Positions 19,405 to 29,932 of a DNA stretch of 64,000 nt are shown here, piece by piece (the first letter of the stretch is position 1; every line of letters starts with the position of its first letter). Source of the DNA: Candidatus Kerfeldbacteria bacterium (GTDB taxonomy: Bacteria > Patescibacteriota > Patescibacteriia > UBA9570). The stretch spans positions 11,092-75,091 of the forward strand of contig JACPGK010000022.1 in the NCBI GenBank assembly GCA_016182495.1, read 5' to 3'. Under the pieces are notes generated by a model, which was not told the DNA's origin, did not search any database, and saw only the letters and a list, made by a program, of their open reading frames with translations. The position numbers and the translations under genes are program-made.

Positions 19405-21383
19405 GAAAAGTGCATCATGACAAGCACGCTGGTCACAATACTGCATCATTCCTGACTAAATTTTGGGTGGCATCAGTCATTACCATCCCGATCTTTTTTT
19501 ATTCCGAAATGGCCATAATGATTTTTAACATCCAGGCGCCGCAGTTTTTTGGATCCCAATACGTTTTCTTACTACTGGGGAGTTTGATCTTTTTTTATTG
19601 TGGTTGGATATTTCTTGTCAGCGCCTATCGTGAATTACGCGCCAAATTGCCCGGGATGATGACACTGATTGCCATTGCTATTTCAGCAGCTTATTTGTAC
19701 AGTCTTTTTTCGATCATATCTGGCCGCAACCATGATTTGTTATTCGAACTGTCGTCCTTAATTGCTATTATGTTGTTGGGTCATTGGATAGAGATGCGTT
19801 CGGTACAGGGTGCTCAAGGTGCCTTAAAAGAGTTAGCTAAGTTGCTACCTGATCACGCCGAAGTGATTCGTGGAGATAGAACGGAAATCATACCATTACG
19901 TGAACTCAAAGAGGGAGATATCGTATTAATCAAACCCGGAGCACAGGTCCCGGCTGATGGGAAAATCATCACAGGGCGTTCGGAACTGAACGAATCAGTG
20001 ATTACCGGCGAATCTAGACCAATTGAAAAATCTGTGGGCGCGCTCGTTATTGCTGGCTCCATTAACGGTGACGGTAGTTTGAAGGTAATGATAGAAAAAA
20101 TCGGAGAGCATACCTTTTTGGCTGGTGTGATGCGTCTAGTCGCTAACGCGCAAGCTTCAAAATCGCGGTTGCAAATATTATCGGATCGAGCCGCTTTTTA
20201 TTTGACGATTATTGCTCTCGTTACTGGTAGTATTACTTTCATTACTTGGTTGCTAGTGGGTGCTGGCATTGTTATCGCCACAGAACGATTGGTGGCAGTC
20301 TTGGTCATTGCTTGTCCACATGCTCTGGGTTTAGCCGTGCCATTAGTGGCTGCAATTTCAACCACTATGGCAGCTCGCAATGGTTTGTTGGTGAAAGAGC
20401 GTCGCGCCCTCGAAGCCGCCCGTACAATTGATACGATTTTGTTTGATAAAACCGGCACACTTACGCAAGGAGCCTTTGGGATTGCAGCCATTATACCTGA
20501 AAGTAATATTGAAGAAATTCAAGTATTGCGAACAGCGGCCTCGGTGAACAATCAATCAGAACATCCTTTAGCTAAAGCGATGGTTAAAGAAGCTAACAAA
20601 AGAAATATCACATTATTAACTGTGCAAGAGTTTAGTCGCGTCGCTGGCAAAGGTGCCAAAAGTATCATTGAAAATAATGAGGTGTATGTTGGTAACGATG
20701 AGTTTTTAAAAGAAAACAATATTACCGTTTCTGCTGACTATCAATCAAAAATAGATGCATCATCCAAAGAGGGTAAAACGGTCATTCATGTCATTGCCAA
20801 TAAAAAATTGCTCGGTAGTATTGCGCTGGCAGACATTATTCGCGAAGAATCCAGAACAGCCGTGCAAACCTTAAAACAGTTGGGTATCAAAACCGCTATG
20901 ATCACTGGCGATTCAGAAGACGTGGCAGCTTGGGTAGCCAAAGAACTTGGCCTAGATGAATATTTTTCGAAAGTGATGCCCGATCAAAAAGCCGAGAAAG
21001 TAAAATTATTACAGAGTCAAGGTCGTACAGTGGCAATGGTGGGAGACGGCGTGAACGATGCCCCAGCTCTAACGCAAGCTGATTTGGGCATTGCCATTGG
21101 TGCTGGTACTAATGTAGCCATCGAATCGGCTGGGATTATTTTGGTCAGAAATGATCCCCGTGATATTCCTAAGGTAATCAAGCTATCTCAATTAACGTAT
21201 CGTAAAATGATTCAGAATTTATTTTGGGCGACTAGCTACAATGTGGTGGCTATCCCGTTAGCTGCTGGTGTATTAGCGGCGCAGGGTATAATATTACAAC
21301 CAGCCATCGCCGCTGTGTTTATGAGTGTATCTACCGTTATTGTAGCGTTCAATGCTGTTGTACTGAAGCGAAAGCAACTATAA
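19401..21383 (+). CDS. Heavy-metal P1B-type ATPase, CopB-like (CPH motif, His-rich N-terminus)
   Basis: It has the motifs TGES, CPHALGLAVPL (CPH), DKTGTLT and GDGVNDAPAL, with an N-terminus MRKVHHDKHAGHNT. It has no HMA domain. Confidence 0.88.
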   Translation: MRKVHHDKHAGHNTASFLTKFWVASVITIPIFFYSEMAIMIFNIQAPQFFGSQYVFLLLGSLIFFYCGWIFLVSAYRELRAKLPGMMTLIAIAISAAYLYSLFSIISGRNHDLLFELSSLIAIMLLGHWIEMRSVQGAQGALKELAKLLPDHAEVIRGDRTEIIPLRELKEGDIVLIKPGAQVPADGKIITGRSELNESVITGESRPIEKSVGALVIAGSINGDGSLKVMIEKIGEHTFLAGVMRLVANAQASKSRLQILSDRAAFYLTIIALVTGSITFITWLLVGAGIVIATERLVAVLVIACPHALGLAVPLVAAISTTMAARNGLLVKERRALEAARTIDTILFDKTGTLTQGAFGIAAIIPESNIEEIQVLRTAASVNNQSEHPLAKAMVKEANKRNITLLTVQEFSRVAGKGAKSIIENNEVYVGNDEFLKENNITVSADYQSKIDASSKEGKTVIHVIANKKLLGSIALADIIREESRTAVQTLKQLGIKTAMITGDSEDVAAWVAKELGLDEYFSKVMPDQKAEKVKLLQSQGRTVAMVGDGVNDAPALTQADLGIAIGAGTNVAIESAGIILVRNDPRDIPKVIKLSQLTYRKMIQNLFWATSYNVVAIPLAAGVLAAQGIILQPAIAAVFMSVSTVIVAFNAVVLKRKQL

Positions 21384-21395
21384 GGTCGTAAAAAA

Positions 21396-22502
21396 ATGAA
21401 AATTTCTCTTGCCCAAAAGAATTTATTTCACGAACCGGCTCGATTACTCATTAGCGTGAGTGGTGTTACCTTTGCAGTATTTCTCATTATGATTTTACTG
21501 GGGCTATATCGTGGTTGGTCAGAAACATTATCGGAATACATCCATAACGTAGATGCCCAGGTGTGGGTAATGCAGCAAGGTTCAATTGATATGTCCCATT
21601 CGATTTCATTATTACCAAACCAAACGGCTGATCAATTAAAACAAATCAAAGGGGTTGAAGCTGTTCATTATCTCATTGGCAATCGTATTGTTATTACACT
21701 ACACGACGATGAGGTTTCTACTCGGGTGATTGGTTTTGATACCACTGATCAAATTGGTAAGCCTGTCAGTATTGTGGCAGGCGAAGCCATTCCAGCCGAA
21801 GGCGAAATTGTAATTGATCAATTGGTGCATGATAATCATGACGTCAATATTGGTGATACGATTGATCTGAATAGCACACCATTTACAGTAATTGGAATTA
21901 GTGCTGGAGGGCCGTTATTTCAACAATCCTATATTCGGATTGAAGACGCCCGGGCGTTGTTTCACATGGAAGACGTTTCTAATTTTTTTGTGGTATCTAT
22001 TGCAGAAGAACAAACCACCACTACCGTGATGAACAGAATCGAAGATACTATTCCCGGTGTCGATGCTCAAACTGAAGCTGAATTTGCGGAAAATAATGAA
22101 CGAGAAATTATGGATAAATTTTTGCCGATTATACTAGTGTTGGTGTGTATTGGGTTTATTGTTGGCGTAGTGATTATTAGTTTGACGATTTATACAGCCA
22201 CCATTGAAAAAATACGTGAATACGGAGTGTTAAAAGCCATTGGAGCACCTAATTTCTATTTGTATCGCGTGGTGTTAACGCAATCAAGCATCGCCGGTGG
22301 TATTGGATTTATCCTGGGTACCGGGCTGACGTATTTTGGGAGCGATGTCATTAAAAAATTTGAACCATTATTTGTCACCTTAGTGAAATGGCAAGATGTA
22401 GTAGTAGTTGCCGGTATGACATTGGCGATGATTATATTGGCAGCCTATATTCCATTACGTCGGATGATAAAAATTGACCCGGCCATTGTGTTTAAGGCCT
22501 AA
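21396..22502 (+). CDS. ABC transporter permease, FtsX/MacB-like
   Basis: An N-terminal TM helix, a large extracytoplasmic domain and a C-terminal 3-TM FtsX-like bundle. It is followed by the cognate ATPase. Confidence 0.7.
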   Translation: MKISLAQKNLFHEPARLLISVSGVTFAVFLIMILLGLYRGWSETLSEYIHNVDAQVWVMQQGSIDMSHSISLLPNQTADQLKQIKGVEAVHYLIGNRIVITLHDDEVSTRVIGFDTTDQIGKPVSIVAGEAIPAEGEIVIDQLVHDNHDVNIGDTIDLNSTPFTVIGISAGGPLFQQSYIRIEDARALFHMEDVSNFFVVSIAEEQTTTTVMNRIEDTIPGVDAQTEAEFAENNEREIMDKFLPIILVLVCIGFIVGVVIISLTIYTATIEKIREYGVLKAIGAPNFYLYRVVLTQSSIAGGIGFILGTGLTYFGSDVIKKFEPLFVTLVKWQDVVVVAGMTLAMIILAAYIPLRRMIKIDPAIVFKA

Positions 22503-22506
22503 TGGT

Positions 22507-23376
22507 ATGAATATCCTAACCGTTATTAATTTAAAAAAAGTGTTTGGTAAAGGGGATACTAAGGTGACTGCGATCAATGATGTTTCTTTCAGTGTCGGCC
22601 AAGGCGAAATTGTATTAATTATGGGACCATCAGGTTCAGGTAAGACCACGTTATTAAGCATGATGGGAGGCTTACTAACCCCAACAGCGGGGGATATCAC
22701 TATTAATGAGGTAAACATTACACAAGCCAAACGGCGAGCCGTGCCACGCATTCGTTTATATGAAATTGGATTTGTCTTTCAATCCTTTAACATTTTGCAA
22801 AACCTTACGGCGCTTGAAAATGTACAAATCGTTGGAGAGTTAGCCGGTATGCCATCGTATCAAGCTAAAGAACGTGCCATGGAGTTGTTAACTAAACTCC
22901 ATATGGAGCCACGCTGGCATTATCTGCCAGTCAAGTTATCGGGTGGTCAACAACAGCGAGTAGCCATTGCTCGTGCCATAATGAATAATCCAAAACTGGT
23001 GTTAGCTGACGAACCGACTGGAAATTTAGATTCTAAGTCAGGACACGAAGTAATGATGCTGTTTCATAATATCGCTAAAGCCGATCACAAAACGGTGGTG
23101 ATTGTATCCCATGATGAGCGCATTAAAGATATTGCTGATCGGGTGCTATGGATCGAGGATGGTAAAGTTAGTACGGCTCCGCCTGAACCAGAAGTAACTG
23201 TTAAAGATCTTGTGTGTGGTATGAAAGTCGATGCCAAATATTCTCCGTTCTCTACTACTATCGAAGGTAAAAATTATACATTTTGTTCTGAAGATTGTAA
23301 AATTAAGTTTGTTGAGCATCCGTATCAGTATGTGCCGACCTTGCATTCAAGTGGTCTAGACAAAATTACTGGTTAG
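22507..23376 (+). CDS. ABC transporter ATP-binding protein (MacB/LolD-type) with C-terminal YHS/TRASH-like metal-binding domain
   Basis: Walker A GPSGSGKTTLL, signature LSGGQQQRVAIARA, Walker B LVLADEPTGNLD. The C-terminal tail VCGMKVDAKYSPFSTTIEGKNYTFCSEDCKIKF is YHS/TRASH-like. Start chosen at MNILTV (22507), 4 nt after the permease stop. Confidence 0.8.
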   Translation: MNILTVINLKKVFGKGDTKVTAINDVSFSVGQGEIVLIMGPSGSGKTTLLSMMGGLLTPTAGDITINEVNITQAKRRAVPRIRLYEIGFVFQSFNILQNLTALENVQIVGELAGMPSYQAKERAMELLTKLHMEPRWHYLPVKLSGGQQQRVAIARAIMNNPKLVLADEPTGNLDSKSGHEVMMLFHNIAKADHKTVVIVSHDERIKDIADRVLWIEDGKVSTAPPEPEVTVKDLVCGMKVDAKYSPFSTTIEGKNYTFCSEDCKIKFVEHPYQYVPTLHSSGLDKITG

Positions 23377-23407
23377 GTGTACTCTTACTACAGAACATAG
23401 TAGATCT

Positions 23408-23803
23408 ATGACCTACCAACTATTTTCCAAACGCGCCATCCAGATAATCGTAATACTCATGCTCGTATTATTTGCTTGGGTTGCTTATCATCAATTGATG
23501 AGCACCATGTCGATGGATTCGGGCGATTGTATAACATTCTGTTTTATTGCTACAAAAATCGATATCAATCATTTAACCCAGTCGCTGTATTATTCTTTTG
23601 TAGACACAATAAAAACCTTACTAGCAATGAGTGCCTTGGCATATATTGCTTTATATTATGCACGATATCATTGGTCCATCATTCATCCACTGGTGCAACG
23701 GTTAAAGCGGTATTACCATCAACAGCGTTGGAAATTCAAACTATTTCCGCTTTGGTCAAGCCTCTATCAACAAGGTATCATTGCACCGCAAATCTATTCT
23801 TAG
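23408..23803 (+). CDS. Hypothetical small membrane protein
   Basis: 131 aa with two or three hydrophobic segments. It fills the gap between the ABC genes and the HMA protein. No recognisable motif. Confidence 0.35.
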   Translation: MTYQLFSKRAIQIIVILMLVLFAWVAYHQLMSTMSMDSGDCITFCFIATKIDINHLTQSLYYSFVDTIKTLLAMSALAYIALYYARYHWSIIHPLVQRLKRYYHQQRWKFKLFPLWSSLYQQGIIAPQIYS

Positions 23804-23860
23804 GAAGGCAGTCGTTTTTTGTATCGGCTCTATTTAGTTTCCTAAGAGAAAAATGTATTT

Positions 23861-25225
23861 ATGACAGAACAATCTTTAACCCACGATCGTATTCGTATTC
23901 GAGGAATGACCTGTACCAGTTGTGAGGTCATCATTGAACGTAAATTAAAACAATTACCTGGAGTCAAGCGAGTAACGGTGAACCATGCAACTGGCTGGTG
24001 CAAGATCGAACACGATTCAACCGTACCACTATATTTGAGCGATATCAGAACCGCTCTTCAGGAGCATGGCTATCAGTTATGGTCTGAATCGGCCACAAAT
24101 AACCAACAAAAACAACAGCATCATTGGCGAGAATTCGGTGTAGTTCTCTTGATACTCTTCGTGGTCTATAAAGTACTCCAAGTTTTTGGTGTCTTTTCTC
24201 TGTCGGCGAATGTTGATGCCTCAATTAATTTAGGAGCTATCTTTGTGATCGGATTGGTGGCGGCTGTTTCAACCTGCACCGCTTTGGTGAGTGGTTTAAT
24301 ATTAAGTGTTGCTGCCAAATATAATGAAACTCATCAAGCCACTACCAAGTGGCAGCGGCTTAAACCACATCTGTTGTTTAATCTGGGTCGTTTAGTCTCG
24401 TATTTTGTTTTAGGTGGTATCATTGGGCTGATTGGTCAAGCTATTACTCCATCAACTCGCTTCACTGGCATCCTGACCATTCTTATCTCTATGGTCATGA
24501 TTCTGTTGGGTATCGATATCTTGAAATTGTTTCAAGGCAAGCGGTTTATTCCTAAAATGCCCAAGTGGTTCAGTCAAAAAATGTATCAACTAGCCGAAAG
24601 TGATCGGCCATGGGTGCCATTGATGCTAGGTGGCTTGACCTTTTTTTTGCCATGTGGGTTTACACAATCGATGCAATTGTATGCTTTAACAACCGGCAGT
24701 TTTTGGCAAGGTGGTTTGACCATGGTTGTTTTTGCTCTGGGTACACTGCCGGCTTTATTAGGCGTTGGCATGTTGGCAAGTTTCGCCAAAGGAAACTTTG
24801 CCCGTTACTTTATGAAGTTTTCCGGGGCCATGGTACTAGTGCTAGGATTGTATAACTTCAATAACGGCTTAGCCTTAGCAGATATTCAACCGGCCAATTG
24901 GTTCAGTTCTGGTGCCAGTGTGTCTGACGGTGCCGCTAGTGTTACCATCACGGGCGACAAACAAGTGGTTAGTATGGCAGTTGAAGGCATATCATATTCA
25001 CCGGCTACCATTACCATCAAACAAGGTGTGCCAGTAGAATGGCATATTGATGGATCCAATGCCCAAGGCTGTGCTCAAATCATTACTATTCCTAGTTTAG
25101 GCATTACCAAACAATTATCGGCCACGACTGATAATGTTATTACGTTTACACCAACGCAAACCGGTCGGATCAATTTTTCTTGCACCATGGGCATGGCCCG
25201 AGGAAGTTTTATCGTCGCCTCTTAA
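23861..25225 (+). CDS. HMA-domain - polytopic permease (TauE/SafE- or DsbD/CcdA-like) - C-terminal cupredoxin-like domain fusion protein
   Basis: The N-terminal HMA motif GMTCTSCEVIIERKL is followed by about 6 TM helices (FFLPCGFTQSMQ) and a C-terminal beta-domain (YSPATITIKQGVPVEWHIDG...CTMGMARGSFIV). Confidence 0.6.
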   Translation: MTEQSLTHDRIRIRGMTCTSCEVIIERKLKQLPGVKRVTVNHATGWCKIEHDSTVPLYLSDIRTALQEHGYQLWSESATNNQQKQQHHWREFGVVLLILFVVYKVLQVFGVFSLSANVDASINLGAIFVIGLVAAVSTCTALVSGLILSVAAKYNETHQATTKWQRLKPHLLFNLGRLVSYFVLGGIIGLIGQAITPSTRFTGILTILISMVMILLGIDILKLFQGKRFIPKMPKWFSQKMYQLAESDRPWVPLMLGGLTFFLPCGFTQSMQLYALTTGSFWQGGLTMVVFALGTLPALLGVGMLASFAKGNFARYFMKFSGAMVLVLGLYNFNNGLALADIQPANWFSSGASVSDGAASVTITGDKQVVSMAVEGISYSPATITIKQGVPVEWHIDGSNAQGCAQIITIPSLGITKQLSATTDNVITFTPTQTGRINFSCTMGMARGSFIVAS

Positions 25226-25244
25226 TTGATTAATCAATACTGAT

Positions 25245-25484
25245 ATGAAACAGTTATATACGTTCATGATTAACGGTATGACCTGCCATGCCTGTGAAAA
25301 ATTAATTACCATGGATTTAGCCGAGGCTGGCTATGCCACAAAATCTATTAATCATCAGTCGGGTGAGCTAACGATTGAAATTGAACCGGTCGACGTTGAT
25401 CGCGTCAAACAAGCCATTCAACAGAGTAAAACCTATATCGTCACTGATGCGTACACTGTTACCGACGTTAAGCTTGCTCACTAA
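25245..25484 (+). CDS. copZ: Copper chaperone CopZ (HMA domain)
   Basis: 79 aa with [11 protein letters not shown]. Confidence 0.8.
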   Translation: MKQLYTFMINGMTCHACEKLITMDLAEAGYATKSINHQSGELTIEIEPVDVDRVKQAIQQSKTYIVTDAYTVTDVKLAH

Positions 25485-25494
25485 ATATACTTCT

Positions 25495-28197
25495 ATGTTC
25501 ACAACAATTACTCTTCAGGTTAAGGGAATGACTTGTCAGTCTTGCGAAAAAATCATCACGGCAGAATGTGAGGAGTTGCCTGGTATTCAAGATATAGCCG
25601 TTGATCACACTACTGGTGTATTCACTGCTTTGATTGATGATACCCAGACAAATGTGCCAGCTGTACAAGCGGCTATTGCCAAAGCCGGGTACGAATCTAT
25701 CGTTGTATCACAAACAGCTCTTGTAGATGCCAATGTCACTAACGACGTTGCATATCAAACAAACAAGCCATTTCAAGCCGGAGTCGAAACCACTATAGTT
25801 GCTCCTGTTAGCACAACTAAGCGAGTTAACTTGTCACTGTTTGGGATGCACTGTGCTTCGTGTGCCAATATTATTGAGCGCTCGGTCAAGAAGGTACCCG
25901 GTGTCCAGCAGGCTAGTGTGAACTTTGCCGCCGAGAAAGCCTTAGTTACCTATGATGAAGCTGCTACTAATGTTCAACAACTCATAGCAGCAGTTGAACA
26001 GGCTGGGTATACAGCCCAGGAAGTGAACCCCAAAGACACTGAATTTGAAACGCGCAAACGTCAACAAGAAATTCAAAGGTATTGGAAAAAGTTTTTAATC
26101 AGCATGATATTGAGTTTGCCGATGGTGTATTTTATGCTGTTTGATTTTTTTGACTGGATGCCAGGTGCCACGCAGCTATTGCCCTATGTTGGAGTAGCGT
26201 CACTGTTACTTACTACACCGGTGCAGCTTATTATTGGCGCGGGATTCTATAAGGGGGCGTGGGCGGCGTTACGCATGAAAACGTTTAACATGGATAGTTT
26301 GATTGCCATTGGCACCTCGACGGCGTATCTATATAGTATAGTGAATTTTATTCTCTATGCCGTCAATAATCAGTCATTATTTGGGCTGAATGGCGTCAAA
26401 ATTCCAGAGTTGTATTTTGAAACCGCTGCCTTTTTAATCACCTTTGTGATTTTAGGCAAGTGGCTGGAAACGCGCACCAAAGGCAGAACATCGGATGCCA
26501 TTCGTAAATTAATGGGTCTGCAAGCCACCACCGCCCGAGTGGTGCGTGATGGCATTACCCAGGATATTCCCATTGCCGATGTGGTGCTGGGCGACCATGT
26601 CATTATTCGACCAGGTGAAAAAGTACCAGTGGATGGCAAAATAGTCACTGGGTCATCAGCGGTGGATGAGTCGATGATTACTGGCGAGAGTTTGCCAATT
26701 GAGAAACAAATGGGTGATGCCGTGATTGGCGGCACGATTAATAAAACCGGTAGCTTTGAATGTGAGGTGACTAAAGTTGGCAGCGCTACGGCCTTAGCCC
26801 AAATTATTCGTTTAATTGAAGAAGCCCAAGGTTCAAAAGCACCCATTCAAAATTTCGCCGATCGCATTTCAGCGCGATTTGTTCCCATTGTCATTGGTAT
26901 TGCTATCGTGACATTTTTGGTGTGGTATTTGTTATTGGGTGCTAGCTTAACTTTTGCATTAATGGCGTTTACGGCCGTAATTGTGATTGCTTGTCCTTGT
27001 GCATTGGGGTTAGCTACACCCACGGCTTTAATGGTTGGTACTGGTCAAGGCGCCGAACACGGTATTCTCATTAAAGGTGGGGAACCGTTGGAAGCGGCTT
27101 GTAGCATTACCACAGTCGTTTTTGACAAAACTGGCACCCTTACAAAAGGTAAACCGCAGGTCACAGAAGTGATCAGTACAGGGCTGATGGATGACAGTGA
27201 AATTTTAGCGATTACGGCCAGTGTAGAAAAATTATCGGAACATCCCTTAGCCGAAGCTATTTACAGTTACGCCCAAGAAGAAGCGGTTGTTCTAAAAAAT
27301 GTAGAACAGTTTCAGGCTATACCCGGACACGGTGTAGCAGGTACTATTGATGGAACAGGGTATTTTTTTGGCAATCGTAAATTAATCACTGAACGCCTAG
27401 GCTTATCCATTGATAAAGTGCAACGTAAATTAGTACGTTTAGAAGAACAAGGTAAAACTGCCATGATGTTAGCGACAGCGCATGAATTACTTGGTATTGT
27501 TGCCGTGGCCGATACGGTTAAAGAAACATCTCGTGACGCCATTACTCAATTGCAAAAAATGGGTATTGAAACGTACATGATTACGGGAGATAATCAACGT
27601 ACCGCTCAAGCCATTGCTCAACAGGTGGGTATTACTAACATTCTCGCGGAGGTGTTACCGGAACACAAGGCTAATGAAGTAAAAAAGTTGCAACAAGCGG
27701 GTAAGCGCGTAGCGATGGTGGGTGATGGTATTAATGATGCTCCAGCGCTAGCCCAAGCTAATTTAGGTATTGCCATGGGCTCTGGCACCGACGTAGCGAT
27801 GGAAACAGGCGGAATTATTTTGATGAAGAGCGATTTGAATGATGTGGTGACGGCTTTTCAACTAGCCAAAGAAACCATGGGTAAAATTAAACAGAATCTA
27901 TTCTTTGCCCTGTTCTATAATGTGATTGGCATTCCAATTGCGGCCAGAGTTTTTGCTGGGGTTGGTTTAGTACTAAAACCAGAATTAGCCGGTTTGGCCA
28001 TGGCTTTTAGTTCAATTTCGGTGGTCGGCAATGCCTTGTTACTACGCTGGTTCAAACCAAAGCAGAAAAATTATATATCCATGATTGCACCGCTGATCTT
28101 AGCGTTGGTGTTTACTGGAGTCTTTATAGAATTTGCCCGATTAAGCAGTGGTATGGAAGATGAATCGGTCAATCAGAGTCTATCAGTTGCACAATAG
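25495..28197 (+). CDS. copA: Copper-translocating P1B-1 ATPase CopA with two N-terminal HMA domains
   Basis: HMA motifs [10 protein letters not shown] and [10 protein letters not shown], then [31 protein letters not shown]. Start chosen at MFTTIT (25495), after the copZ stop. Confidence 0.93.
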   Translation: MFTTITLQVKGMTCQSCEKIITAECEELPGIQDIAVDHTTGVFTALIDDTQTNVPAVQAAIAKAGYESIVVSQTALVDANVTNDVAYQTNKPFQAGVETTIVAPVSTTKRVNLSLFGMHCASCANIIERSVKKVPGVQQASVNFAAEKALVTYDEAATNVQQLIAAVEQAGYTAQEVNPKDTEFETRKRQQEIQRYWKKFLISMILSLPMVYFMLFDFFDWMPGATQLLPYVGVASLLLTTPVQLIIGAGFYKGAWAALRMKTFNMDSLIAIGTSTAYLYSIVNFILYAVNNQSLFGLNGVKIPELYFETAAFLITFVILGKWLETRTKGRTSDAIRKLMGLQATTARVVRDGITQDIPIADVVLGDHVIIRPGEKVPVDGKIVTGSSAVDESMITGESLPIEKQMGDAVIGGTINKTGSFECEVTKVGSATALAQIIRLIEEAQGSKAPIQNFADRISARFVPIVIGIAIVTFLVWYLLLGASLTFALMAFTAVIVIACPCALGLATPTALMVGTGQGAEHGILIKGGEPLEAACSITTVVFDKTGTLTKGKPQVTEVISTGLMDDSEILAITASVEKLSEHPLAEAIYSYAQEEAVVLKNVEQFQAIPGHGVAGTIDGTGYFFGNRKLITERLGLSIDKVQRKLVRLEEQGKTAMMLATAHELLGIVAVADTVKETSRDAITQLQKMGIETYMITGDNQRTAQAIAQQVGITNILAEVLPEHKANEVKKLQQAGKRVAMVGDGINDAPALAQANLGIAMGSGTDVAMETGGIILMKSDLNDVVTAFQLAKETMGKIKQNLFFALFYNVIGIPIAARVFAGVGLVLKPELAGLAMAFSSISVVGNALLLRWFKPKQKNYISMIAPLILALVFTGVFIEFARLSSGMEDESVNQSLSVAQ

Positions 28198-28215
28198 CAA
28201 GGCGAGTGGTAACAT

Positions 28216-29016
28216 ATGATTATGGTAGTTTTTTTACTGGCTTTAACCTTAGCAACTGTTCAGGCCGATGCCACCATCGTGGCTAGTCCTGCTTCAACCA
28301 GCCTAACCAAAGTCACTGGTGTAGCGGTAACTGACATCACTACCACCACTGCCGAAATCACCTGGAAAAAACAAGCAACGGCTTTGCAGTATCAAGTGCG
28401 AGTACGAGCTGGTGACGATACTGTTGTGAAAAAGAAAAAAACAGAGCGACGACGATTGACTGTGAGCGAGCTTGAACCAAACACAACCTATACTGTGCAA
28501 GTGCGAGCTATGCGCAAAGCCAAGACCGGGGCATGGTCAAAGGCCATTGCATTTACCACAGTAGCTGAAGAGACAACCTTGTACGATGAGTATAAAGCGG
28601 TGGCTGGTACATCCACTGGTCAGTGGCAGAATTTAACCTATGGTACCAGTGGTGATGCTACCACAGTGGTGGAGATCGATCCGGATGGCCGCGCCGCCTT
28701 TACCCTCGATTTAGGCGGCCTCGTTTTTGAGTTGATTGATCCCGATCCAAAAACTTACGAATCTACCTACGATGAAACGGGTGTAGTATTTACGGCCGAA
28801 GATGATGATCTATTCGGTGATGTGACTATTACGATCGTTGCGAACGGCAACGATACCGCTCAAATTACCTTTACCGGGCTTGATGTTCCCGTGGCTGGCA
28901 TTAGTTCCATTGCCGCCGAGGGTACCTTGTATGACGATGCCGTTGATTTGGATTATACCATTACCTTTACAGATAGTTTAACAGCGGCCGGAGTGATGAA
29001 CCTGACAAAACTGTGA
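28216..29016 (+). CDS. Secreted protein with fibronectin type III-like domain
   Basis: It has a signal peptide and an FN3-like stretch (AEITWKKQATALQYQVRVRAG...LEPNTTYTVQVRAM). Confidence 0.5.
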   Translation: MIMVVFLLALTLATVQADATIVASPASTSLTKVTGVAVTDITTTTAEITWKKQATALQYQVRVRAGDDTVVKKKKTERRRLTVSELEPNTTYTVQVRAMRKAKTGAWSKAIAFTTVAEETTLYDEYKAVAGTSTGQWQNLTYGTSGDATTVVEIDPDGRAAFTLDLGGLVFELIDPDPKTYESTYDETGVVFTAEDDDLFGDVTITIVANGNDTAQITFTGLDVPVAGISSIAAEGTLYDDAVDLDYTITFTDSLTAAGVMNLTKL

Positions 29017-29666
29017 TGCAAACAAAATTTTTATTAGCTGGTCCACTCGCTGCCAGCTTAACTATGTTATTATTGTTTACCGGTGCCAGTTGTATACCAG
29101 TCGAGCCGACTGTTACTACTAATTCAACCACAAATGTAATCACCACACCAAAGGTCACTCAACCAACTTGGAGTACGTTTACCAGCCCACTAATGCACTA
29201 CACTATTGAGTATCCAGCTACTTGGAACACTTGGTCTGGTTCAGATTCGTTTACAGATATGCAGGAGGCTGAATCTGATGCTGATTACTTTAGTATTTTA
29301 CCACCTGAAGATTCATTCACCATTGCGCCGGATCAAATTTTTATTGTTATCGATTTAGATACCAAACAGCCTCTGGTGCCAGGTGAAACTGCTATTGAAT
29401 CTTTCAACGATGTCATAGCCGCAAATTCAAAGGGAGAAAATGTTTCCAATGTTCAAGCCCTGGTAGTTGATGGAAACCTTCCTGCTGTTCAACAAGTCGA
29501 ACAAGATCCAGATGATACTATTGGCGAGTACGGTTATAAGGTCGTTACCTATGTCGATGCTGGTACCAGTGTCTATACAATTCATGTGACCGCCGCTTCG
29601 GCTGCAGATTATGCACGGTATACGGACATTATTCAAAGGATGATTGCATCGTTTGATCGGCAATAA
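29013..29666 (+). CDS. Secreted/lipoprotein-like hypothetical protein
   Basis: N-terminal hydrophobic signal with a Cys at position 27 (LFTGASC). Thr/Ser-rich linker. Overlaps the upstream gene by 4 nt. Confidence 0.45.
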   Translation: MMQTKFLLAGPLAASLTMLLLFTGASCIPVEPTVTTNSTTNVITTPKVTQPTWSTFTSPLMHYTIEYPATWNTWSGSDSFTDMQEAESDADYFSILPPEDSFTIAPDQIFIVIDLDTKQPLVPGETAIESFNDVIAANSKGENVSNVQALVVDGNLPAVQQVEQDPDDTIGEYGYKVVTYVDAGTSVYTIHVTAASAADYARYTDIIQRMIASFDRQ

Positions 29667-29722
29667 CCTAGCGTGTGCAACGGCAATTTCAGTGGTAAAT
29701 TAAATTATGCTATACTATACGT

Positions 29723-29845
29723 ATGAAAAAATTACTACATGATCAATCAGGTATGAGTCTAGCTACCATGATTGCTTTAGGTTTTGGGGTAGCGGTGCTG
29801 ATTGTATTTGTTATCGGGTTGATTACCTATTTAGTAAAAAGTTAG
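29723..29845 (+). CDS. Small (40 aa) single-pass membrane peptide
   Basis: ORF MKKLLHDQSGMSLATMIALGFGVAVLIVFVIGLITYLVKS is not in the track because it is under 60 aa. A TATACTATAC -10-like sequence lies upstream. Confidence 0.3.
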   Translation: MKKLLHDQSGMSLATMIALGFGVAVLIVFVIGLITYLVKS

Positions 29846-29932
29846 TTGTTCGACGGCGCTAAGAATTTGACATAACCGAATTTTTTTGGTAGTATTATAT
29901 GTAAATAAAATAAAAAAGGAAAAATTAAAATC

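Noticed and set aside
23476-23925. 149-aa ORF overlapping the 23408..23803 membrane-protein ORF
   Set aside because: It sits in an alternative frame, overlaps heavily, and has no supporting signals. At most one of the two is real, and the in-operon frame 23408 was preferred.
26370-26846. 158-aa minus-strand ORF inside copA (and similar antisense ORFs inside secA, copB, subtilase, ATPase genes)
   Set aside because: They are antisense to strongly supported CDSs and have no start-site signals. They are artefacts of codon composition.
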